Virus record (IMG/VR): IMGVR_UViG_3300026522_000014
Location: 1 to 36,440 of that record
DNA from: a virus
Reading direction: 5' to 3' (one strand)
DNA: 36,440 nt
Shown here: positions 31,216-36,440 of the stretch, in pieces
Layout of the letters: every line of letters begins with the position of its first letter
Position numbering within the stretch: position 1 is the first letter of the stretch
Translations under genes and position numbers: made by a program
The notes under the pieces: generated by a model
What the model saw: the letters and a program-made list of their open reading frames with translations, nothing else
Database searches by the model: none
What the model was told of the DNA's origin: nothing

Positions 31216-32054
31216 ATGCCAAGCAGCTCCCGCGCATTCCTGATATTATGTTCCAGCTTCTTCGTGCGCCGGTCACTGCCTGTCACTTCAAGTGGAACAC
31301 ACATCTCCTTCAGACGGCTATACACGCGCTTGCGTCGTATATCCGTTGGGTCTGCCAGCTCGTTGATAGTGAGATTCGTCGTGACAATCATCGGCAAACC
31401 ACTACGATAGCGGCTGTCAATGATGTTCATGATGTTCTCCCACACGTACTCGCTGTTACGCTCCACAGCCATGTCATCAATCACCAGCAGGTCGAATCGG
31501 CTGAGATTATCAATGTACTTCTGCCGTCCGTCGAAGCTCTCCTGTAGGCGGTTGATGATGCGGCTGAAATTGGTCATCATGCAAGGAATGCCACGGTCAA
31601 TCAGAGCGTTGGCGATGCACGCCGCAGCAAAGCTCTTGCCACAGCCGACATCACCATACAGCAGCAGACCGGCACCATTGCTCCGCATGGTCTCGAAATT
31701 ATCCACGTACTTCCGCGCGACTTCCATCATGCGCGCGCTACCACCATCATCGTTGGCGAAAGTCCACTTGCGCATTTCCGCATCGGGAAAGCCTGTGCGT
31801 CGCATACTGTCAAGATAAGCAATGCGGTCTCGTTTACGCTGCTCTTCGGCTTCGCGCTTGTTGCGCTCGACACTGCATTTGCAAGCGCAGCAGAGCGTCT
31901 TCATTTCGCCCATAAGCTCCTGCCTCACCTGCTTCGGCGTATGGCATTGGCCGCAGTAGAGCAGTCCATCGTCTCCGATGTAGTCTCCCTCATGCTTGCC
32001 GTACTGTGCTTCGGCGCGAGCCGAGATTCCGCTAATGATGTTTCCCAGTTCCAT
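31212..32054 (-). CDS. DnaC/IstB-like AAA+ helicase loader
   Basis: Walker A is LLLYGDVGCGKSF, Walker B is DLLVIDDM, and ...LPMIVTTN follows. An N-terminal Cys cluster is also present. Confidence 0.85.
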   Translation of the reverse strand: MELGNIISGISARAEAQYGKHEGDYIGDDGLLYCGQCHTPKQVRQELMGEMKTLCCACKCSVERNKREAEEQRKRDRIAYLDSMRRTGFPDAEMRKWTFANDDGGSARMMEVARKYVDNFETMRSNGAGLLLYGDVGCGKSFAAACIANALIDRGIPCMMTNFSRIINRLQESFDGRQKYIDNLSRFDLLVIDDMAVERNSEYVWENIMNIIDSRYRSGLPMIVTTNLTINELADPTDIRRKRVYSRLKEMCVPLEVTGSDRRTKKLEHNIRNARELLGI

Positions 32055-32069
32055 ATTTCCTCATTCCTT

Positions 32070-32843
32070 TCAGACTTTGAGTGTTGCCATAAGTGCTGCC
32101 ACGTTGTCGCGTTCTTCAGTCGTGTTCCTGCGTTCAGGTGGGAGCGTCTGCGCTTGCTGTTGCCGGTAGTTGTTAATCGGGAAGAAAGCAGTCCAGCCAC
32201 GACGAATTACTTCAATAAGGTAATCGTCAACGCTCATTCGGCTTTCTCTCGCGTATTCGTCCAGCTTGTCGATATTGCGCTTGATGGCGTTATCGGTCAT
32301 GGCTGAGCGCTTAGCCTTACGGTTTTGCAGCCACTCTCCCAGAAGCTCCCTAGTCGATGGATTATCCGTATAAGCATCGATAATCGCATCGAAGCTATTG
32401 CTCTTCCTTTCTTTCTTTTTGTTATTAGTATTTGATTCTTCAGTATTTGATTCTTCAGTATTTAATTGTGTAGCGTTTCGTACATCTACATTATGTAGAG
32501 GTACATTTTGTACCTCTTGACTATGTACCTCTTGATTATGTGCATCTTGTGGCTTCTCGAAAATGTCATACACGTATTCGATACGCTTGCGCTCGCCATT
32601 CGGATACAGCTTAGTGACCACAAGGTAGCCTTGCTCCTTAAGCTCAGCGAGCGCAGACTTGACTGCACGCACGTCTTCCTTGCAAATCGCCACAAGCCCA
32701 TTCACGGAATAATCCCAATCGTCGGGCAATGCAAGCATCATCGACAGCAAGCCCTTAGCCTTGAGAGACAGTGCGTTATCCCTCAAGTGATGATTACTCA
32801 TAACTGTGTAATCTTTTGTCTTGTTTACTCTGAAAACACTCAT
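32070..32843 (-). CDS. replisome organiser / replication initiation protein (N-terminal wHTH plus DnaD-like C-terminus)
   Basis: I trimmed the start to the ATG at 32843, which has RBS taggagaatacaa. The protein reads MSVFRVNKTKDYTVMSNHHLRDNALSLKAKGLLSMMLALPDDWDYSVNGL.... A repeat-rich linker separates the two domains. Confidence 0.8.
   Translation of the reverse strand: MSVFRVNKTKDYTVMSNHHLRDNALSLKAKGLLSMMLALPDDWDYSVNGLVAICKEDVRAVKSALAELKEQGYLVVTKLYPNGERKRIEYVYDIFEKPQDAHNQEVHSQEVQNVPLHNVDVRNATQLNTEESNTEESNTNNKKKERKSNSFDAIIDAYTDNPSTRELLGEWLQNRKAKRSAMTDNAIKRNIDKLDEYARESRMSVDDYLIEVIRRGWTAFFPINNYRQQQAQTLPPERRNTTEERDNVAALMATLKV
32431..32553. repeat. iteron-like repeat cluster inside the replisome-organiser gene, a candidate origin
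   Basis: tttgattcttcagta occurs twice in perfect tandem (32431-32460). tgtacctcttgaYta occurs twice, followed by one degenerate copy (32509-32553). Palindromes agaggtaca-tttt-gtacctct and ctaca-tta-tgtag are also present. Confidence 0.6.
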
Positions 32844-32916
32844 TTGTATTCTCCTAGGTAAAAAATTATCCCACTGACTATTACCGTTTGCCCCCGGTAA
32901 CAATCAATGGGATATG

Positions 32917-32961
32917 CATGTTGAGTTATCACTCCACGCAAGTGGGGCAACACTCAACATG
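32917..32961. repeat. 10-bp perfect inverted repeat with a nested hairpin upstream of the replication gene
   Basis: The arms are catgttgagt (32917-32926) and actcaacatg (32952-32961). The inner hairpin is ccac-gcaa-gtgg. Confidence 0.7.
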
Positions 32962-32972
32962 GCGTTATATCT

Positions 32973-33004
32973 ATATTATCACGTCTCAAGGATAGACACG
33001 CCGA
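32973..33004 (-). promoter_or_regulatory. box-only variant of the cassette, copy H: TCGGCGTGTC-N16-TAATAT
   Basis: The - strand reads attcggcgtgtc tatccttgagacgtga TAATAT. It overlaps the 3' end of 32979-33311, upstream of the replisome-organiser gene. Confidence 0.4.
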
Positions 33005-33311
33005 ATTTATAGGCGAAGAGCTTAGCCTTGAGCCGGTACTCCGGAGTACGATACCCCTTGCAATCCTCAACGACCTTGCTGTCGGTAGACGTGTCAATGT
33101 AGACGAAATCGGCGATGTAGCTCATCGGACGGTATCGCTTGCCTCCACACTCGAAAGCCGGAATCAACTCATACCGGACTTGCCTCTGCAAATCACGAAT
33201 CTCCCCATCACGCTCCAAGAGCTTCAACTCGCCATACCTTTTGGCTTCCCGCTTGCTGTCAAACGTAATGCCATCAACCACTGTTTTCCGCGCATGATAT
33301 TTGCTGGGCAT
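32979..33311 (-). CDS. DUF1064-like protein, a putative nuclease or resolvase
   Basis: I trimmed the start to the ATG at 33311, which has RBS gggaggtgactggt. The sequence KYHARKTVVDGITFDSKREAKRYGELKLLERDGEIRDLQRQVRYEL is typical of DUF1064. Confidence 0.7.
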   Translation of the reverse strand: MPSKYHARKTVVDGITFDSKREAKRYGELKLLERDGEIRDLQRQVRYELIPAFECGGKRYRPMSYIADFVYIDTSTDSKVVEDCKGYRTPEYRLKAKLFAYKFGVSILET

Positions 33312-33316
33312 ACCAG

Positions 33317-33730
33317 TCACCTCCCTGTGCTTCCGAAGCCGCCATCGCCACGCTCCGAATCGTCAAGCTCAGACACCTGCTCAAGCCCATCAATGTAGGC
33401 GAGCGGCAGGATTACAAGCTGCGTGACCTTATCCCCCACCTTGAAAACATACGGATATGGTGTGTGGTTGTAGAGTTTGACCTTGATAGAGCCAGTGTAC
33501 CCCACGTCAATCACACCTTCGCCGGTAATCCCATACTTGACATTCAATCCTGATTTGCTTTTGAGCATCCCCACGGTATTCGGCGGCAGCTGCACATGCA
33601 CTCCCGTGTCAATGACCACCGCATCATGCGGCATGAGTGCCACAGTGACCGGAGTGCGCAAATCAAAACCGGCATCAGTGGCGTGTGCCCGCTCCGGCAT
33701 GTATGCTCCGGCATCAAGTTTAATCTTCAT
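33317..33730 (-). CDS. dut: dUTPase
   Basis: I trimmed the start to the ATG at 33730 (MKIKLDAGAYMPERAHATDAGFDLRTP...GERGDGGFGSTGR), which has RBS ggagacaagg. Confidence 0.9.
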   Translation of the reverse strand: MKIKLDAGAYMPERAHATDAGFDLRTPVTVALMPHDAVVIDTGVHVQLPPNTVGMLKSKSGLNVKYGITGEGVIDVGYTGSIKVKLYNHTPYPYVFKVGDKVTQLVILPLAYIDGLEQVSELDDSERGDGGFGSTGR

Positions 33731-33950
33731 CCTTGTCTCCTTCGAATTCGTAACGTGCATAAGCGACCTTCCTCCCGTATCGGTTTGTGCAAGTCTCGCT
33801 CTTGGTCTGGATATTGTAGCCTTGCTCGCGGAGGCAGAAAATCTTCGCGCTCAATCGCGTGATTCCGTAAAGCTCGAAGGCTTCCATGCTCGTGATACTG
33901 CCGTGCTGCTTCAAATGTTTGAGCAGCATCGATGTTTGTGTTTCAGCCAT
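33720..33950 (-). CDS. small helix-turn-helix protein (HTH_39-like)
   Basis: The pattern is LLKHLKQHGSITSMEAFELYGITRLSAKIFCLREQGYNIQT...YARYEF. Confidence 0.65.
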   Translation of the reverse strand: MAETQTSMLLKHLKQHGSITSMEAFELYGITRLSAKIFCLREQGYNIQTKSETCTNRYGRKVAYARYEFEGDKDED

Positions 33951-34044
33951 TGTCCAATACCTCCATTACAGTCTTGTCTTCGGCAAATGGCGGAAGCGGC
34001 TTTGAGTATTCACCACTCCCGCCATTTAATGCCGACCAAAATCG

Positions 34045-34434
34045 TCAGAATTCAGGCTCGAAATCCCCATATGGGTCATTCGACGCATTGAAGTTCCCCT
34101 GCTGTTGTCCTTGCTGCTGGTGCTTACAGCTCCCGGCATTGAGCGGCAGACTATCCACCACGAATTTCACTCGCGAGTGCTTGACTCCGTCCTTCTCCCA
34201 CTGGTCAACAACGGCATGCGCCGTCAAGCCGACCTCATCTCCCTTGTGCCGGTATCTGGCGATGGCTTCGGCTGTCTTGCCCCAAGCCTCGAAATCCAGC
34301 CACGAAGTATCATCCTTTTTGAATCCGTTGACAGCGAGTCGGAATCGTGCGACTGACTTGCCGCTGTTCGTCTGCTTCAGCTCCACGTCACTGCCCAAGC
34401 GTCCAGTGAAGGTGCAATTATTGATGTCTGCCAT
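34045..34434 (-). CDS. ssb: single-stranded DNA-binding protein
   Basis: The OB-fold N-terminus reads NNCTFTGRLGSDVELKQTNSGKSVARFRLAV. A Q/G-rich linker and an acidic C-terminal tip (DFEPEF) follow. Confidence 0.85.
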   Translation of the reverse strand: MADINNCTFTGRLGSDVELKQTNSGKSVARFRLAVNGFKKDDTSWLDFEAWGKTAEAIARYRHKGDEVGLTAHAVVDQWEKDGVKHSRVKFVVDSLPLNAGSCKHQQQGQQQGNFNASNDPYGDFEPEF

Positions 34435-34436
34435 TG

Positions 34437-34673
34437 TTATTTCCTTTCTTCGCGCAACGCTTTTACAGTCGCTGCATAACCATCTTTGAGGATGTATTTT
34501 AAAATCGTGTCTGCTGTATCATGTCCGATGACCAGTCTGGTCGCGTCGAGGCTCAGCATTGCACTAGCCTTGAGCATGTCCTTAATCATCGCCAAATCAG
34601 CTTTAGCACTAAGCAAATCCGTATAATCTTGGATTGATATCGTGATAAATTGTGTGTCCTTGTAATCTTCCAT
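34437..34673 (-). CDS. hypothetical protein
   Basis: A 78-aa ORF tightly coupled between the ERF and SSB genes. Confidence 0.65.
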   Translation of the reverse strand: MEDYKDTQFITISIQDYTDLLSAKADLAMIKDMLKASAMLSLDATRLVIGHDTADTILKYILKDGYAATVKALREERK

Positions 34674-35248
34674 TATTGACCATTCCCCTCATTCATGTGT
34701 TTCTTGTAGCAGTCTCCGCATAGTGTGCGTCCTGTCTTGCCTCGAATCCATTTAGCCACCTGCTCAGGCGACATGCTGCCGCCACCAGCACGCTTCTGCG
34801 ACTTGACTGGATTCCCGCACTCCTCGCAGATAATCGGCTTGGATTGTGTCCTGCGCTGGTACTCATCCGTATCCGCATCCTTCGTATCGTCGATGGCAAA
34901 CAAGCCATTAAGCGCATATTTCCTAGCATATGAGCTTGCCGTGCCGGTGATTTGGCTTGCATCCATGCCGCGCTTCTCTTCAGGCTCACGAGCGAATGCA
35001 GTGTTCTCCACGAATTCCCCATCATCGTTCGTCACCTTCGCGGTAGCGCTGATGTAGATTCGCTCGCCGATTTGCATGATGCCATCGGTGATGACCAGCG
35101 TCAAGCCCTGCTCGCCCAAGAGCGGTTTCACGGCTTCAAGGATATCCTCGCACGACCTGTAGTTGTAATGCCCGAAGCTGTTGACCTGACCTTTTGGTGC
35201 TTTGAGCTTCTGCTGCACTTCACGTAGCTGCTGATTGATTTTACCCAT
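34673..35248 (-). CDS. erf: ERF-family single-strand annealing protein
   Basis: I trimmed the start to the ATG at 35248, which has RBS gtgaggtttgtg. The sequence FGHYNYRSCEDILEAVKPLLGEQGLTLVITD...TASSYARKYALNGLFAIDD is ERF-like. A C-terminal CxxC...CxxC is present. Confidence 0.8.
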   Translation of the reverse strand: MGKINQQLREVQQKLKAPKGQVNSFGHYNYRSCEDILEAVKPLLGEQGLTLVITDGIMQIGERIYISATAKVTNDDGEFVENTAFAREPEEKRGMDASQITGTASSYARKYALNGLFAIDDTKDADTDEYQRRTQSKPIICEECGNPVKSQKRAGGGSMSPEQVAKWIRGKTGRTLCGDCYKKHMNEGNGQ

Positions 35249-35256
35249 CACAAACC

Positions 35257-35742
35257 TCACTTAATGCTGATGTTTTCGTGCGTTTCGATTGTCGCCATAT
35301 CGGCGGGCACTCTGCCGTCCTTGATAGCCGCCTTGATAGCCGTCTTATTCGGTTTCGGCTCGCTGTAGGTCAGTAGGTCATCGGCGTGTTCCTCAGCCCA
35401 CTTCGCAAAGCCATCCTTAAGCTCCACAGTAGCCGATTTACGGTAACTGACCTTCAAGCGCGGGGAGCTGAATTTTCCGCCATTCAGCGCATACTCCAGC
35501 AAGTGCTTCAAGCGCTCCGCTTTATTCTCCACGCTCTTGCGTCGCGCCGCTAGGCTCGCTTCCTCTTCCTTGATAGCCTTAGCCTCAGCGACACAATCCT
35601 TATAAAACAGCCCGATATTCTCCACCTTCTTATCACGTTCCATTTGGAGTGCGTCGAAGGCTTCCTCGTCGGACACTTCACCAGTCTCATTGTCGATTAG
35701 CGCAGTAATGGCTGAATCGATGTCGTAAATACTCATACCCAT
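35257..35742 (-). CDS. Siphovirus Gp157-like protein
   Basis: It reads MSIYDIDSAITALIDNETGEVSDEEAFDALQMERDKKVENIGLFYKD...RLKHLLEYAL.... The family resemblance and adjacency to the ERF gene support the call. Confidence 0.7.
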   Translation of the reverse strand: MGMSIYDIDSAITALIDNETGEVSDEEAFDALQMERDKKVENIGLFYKDCVAEAKAIKEEEASLAARRKSVENKAERLKHLLEYALNGGKFSSPRLKVSYRKSATVELKDGFAKWAEEHADDLLTYSEPKPNKTAIKAAIKDGRVPADMATIETHENISIK

Positions 35743-35879
35743 GATATGTTTCCTTTCTTAGTGGTTTTGAGTTCTTCCAATTCCTCGGGCGTATAATATA
35801 CGTCCTTGTTCGGCATGATTTCGTTAATCAAATCGTACAGAGCTTTAAGATGCTCAGGCGATGGCTTCTGCCGTTCCAT
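35733..35879 (-). CDS. 48-aa hypothetical ORF, not in the ORF track
   Basis: The ATG at 35879 overlaps the Cro-like 3' end. Translation is MERQKPSPEHLKALYDLINEIMPNKDVYYTPEELEELKTTKKGNISWV. There is no clear RBS. Confidence 0.35.
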   Translation of the reverse strand: MERQKPSPEHLKALYDLINEIMPNKDVYYTPEELEELKTTKKGNISWV

Positions 35880-36078
35880 TGTTGAAAAGGTAGTCGAGGT
35901 TGCTGTGCCCGTGCCGTCTTGCGATTTCGGCGGAAATGTCCAGCATCTCCTTGAGCGTCCAATCCTGTGCGCCGTTGATGAGACGGTAGTAGGTTGGGAC
36001 GCTTTTGCCGATTGCTGCAGCGCAGTCTTCGCTTGTCATGCCGGTACGAGCGATTTCAGCCTTGAGATTCCTATACAT
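35854..36078 (-). CDS. Cro-like / XRE HTH early regulator
   Basis: I trimmed the start to the ATG at 36078 (MYRNLKAEIARTGMTSEDCAAAIGKSVPTYYRLINGAQDWTLKEM...), which has RBS taggaggtgaacac. It is divergent from the repressor gene. Confidence 0.8.
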   Translation of the reverse strand: MYRNLKAEIARTGMTSEDCAAAIGKSVPTYYRLINGAQDWTLKEMLDISAEIARRHGHSNLDYLFNNGTAEAIA

Positions 36079-36135
36079 GTGTTCACCTCCTAATGTGTTC
36101 ACGATGAGCACTTTTGTGCCCACCTGCTGTAAAAC

Positions 36136-36164
36136 AGTGTACACCCATATTTTTCAATTTGCAA
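36136..36164 (-). promoter_or_regulatory. candidate early lytic promoter (TTGCAA-17 nt-TACACT)
   Basis: The - strand reads TTGCAA attgaaaaatatgggtg TACACT. The -10 is overlapped by the GTGTACAC palindrome. Confidence 0.5.
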
Positions 36165-36243
36165 CCACTTTTTAGCATGTCGCGATAAATTTCCTTCATT
36201 TGCCGCACACTTTTGTGTTTACAGTGAAACTGATACATGGTAC

Positions 36244-36249
36244 TATAAT
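36244..36249 (+). promoter_or_regulatory. candidate -10 (TATAAT) of the repressor/integrase promoter
   Basis: A TATAAT lies 55 nt upstream of the ATG at 36305. There is no good -35, and the CACTTTTGTG site at 36208-36217 sits in the -35 area. Confidence 0.4.
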
Positions 36250-36304
36250 CTGCGTAAACCATTGGAACAACAAGGTTTCAAGGCGAAAGGTGGTGAAAAA
36301 TGAC

Positions 36305-36440
36305 ATGGCATTTCTTGACAATTTACAGGCACTTATGCAAGCAAAAGGGATATCCCGTCGAAAATTGGCGCAAGACTGCGGTATAAGCCCAAGCGCAGTG
36401 AATTCGTGGTTCAACCGCAGCGCCGAAAACATCAGCTTGC
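36305..36440 (+). CDS. XRE/cI-type HTH repressor, 5' part. The gene continues across the circular junction into 128-297.
   Basis: The ATG at 36305 is in frame with the ORF at 22-297 and is preceded by gaaaggtggtgaaaa (RBS). The N-terminus reads MAFLDNLQALMQAKGISRRKLAQDCGISPSAVNSWFNRS, a typical XRE HTH. Confidence 0.85.
   Translation, partial: MAFLDNLQALMQAKGISRRKLAQDCGISPSAVNSWFNRSAENISL
36314..36440. repeat. 127-bp exact terminal direct repeat, copy 2
   Basis: Identical to 1-127. Confidence 0.95.

Larger units (their letters stand above)
36079..36304. promoter_or_regulatory. genetic-switch intergenic region with candidate operators
   Basis: GTGTTCAC occurs at 36079-36086 and 36095-36102. 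The perfect palindrome GTGTACAC is at 36137-36144. CACTTTTGTG-N3-AC occurs at 36109-36123 and 36208-36222. Confidence 0.6.

Noticed and set aside
33985-34027. A 9-bp perfect inverted repeat (aaatggcgg/ccgccattt) between the SSB and HTH genes.
   Set aside because: It is real, but the 25-nt loop and the absence of a U-tract make a terminator call weak. I have no further evidence for a specific function.
35381-35390. Partial matches to the TCGGCGTGTC box: tcggcgtgtt here, and ggcgtgtc at 1287-1294.
   Set aside because: The matches are imperfect, lie inside coding sequence, and have no associated -10 block or downstream gene start. They are likely chance.
36196-36432. A 78-aa - strand ORF across the switch region and the repressor 5' end.
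   Set aside because: It is antisense to the repressor start and covers the promoter and operator region. It has no RBS.
1-36440. A search for tRNA genes, CRISPR arrays, IS elements or transposases, and toxin-antitoxin pairs.
   Set aside because: I saw no cloverleaf-compatible segment with a T-loop consensus, no regularly spaced repeat-spacer array, no transposase-like ORF and no recognisable toxin-antitoxin family.

Overview
This window is a complete, circularly closed temperate tailed-phage genome with a unique length of 36,313 bp. Bases 1-127 are identical to 36314-36440, and joining the ends restores one intact XRE/cI-type repressor gene. Only four genes read on the + strand: the repressor, a large serine integrase, and a two-gene accessory cassette at 5480-6099. 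Everything else is on the - strand. In transcription order it runs from a Cro-like gene (36078) through a recombination and replication module: Gp157-like, ERF, SSB, dUTPase, DUF1064-like, a replisome organiser with internal iterons, a DnaC-like loader and a sigma-70 region-4-like regulator. Next comes a roughly 6-kb block of about 25 small, mostly unrecognisable genes, then a YqaJ exonuclease, a Dp-1-type holin, an HNH endonuclease and a ParB-methyltransferase. The late genes follow: TerS/TerL, HK97-type portal, protease and capsid, connectors, major tail, frameshifted chaperones, tape measure, Dit, a BppU-like baseplate protein and a GH25-LysM endolysin. Unusually, the Tal-like and collar-domain fibre genes come after the endolysin, next to a candidate attP. 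The most interesting non-standard signal is an 8-copy bipartite promoter-like cassette (TCGGCGTGTCG box plus ATAGGTGTATAGT). It is often preceded by strand-specific terminators and divides the small-gene region into insulated units, two of which share both flanks but carry different cargo ORFs. Other points are several sub-60-aa ORFs missing from the track (a DivIVA-domain peptide, two about 22-aa hydrophobic peptides, a 2-TM peptide), a tandem triplicated Cys-rich gene family, a structured non-coding locus with 15-bp repeats, and phased 20-bp repeats upstream of the packaging genes. The host is probably a Firmicutes/Clostridia-type bacterium, which is inference only, from GGAGG-type RBSs, the Dp-1 holin, the GH25-LysM lysin and the serine integrase. 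No tRNA, CRISPR array, IS element or reverse transcriptase was seen.
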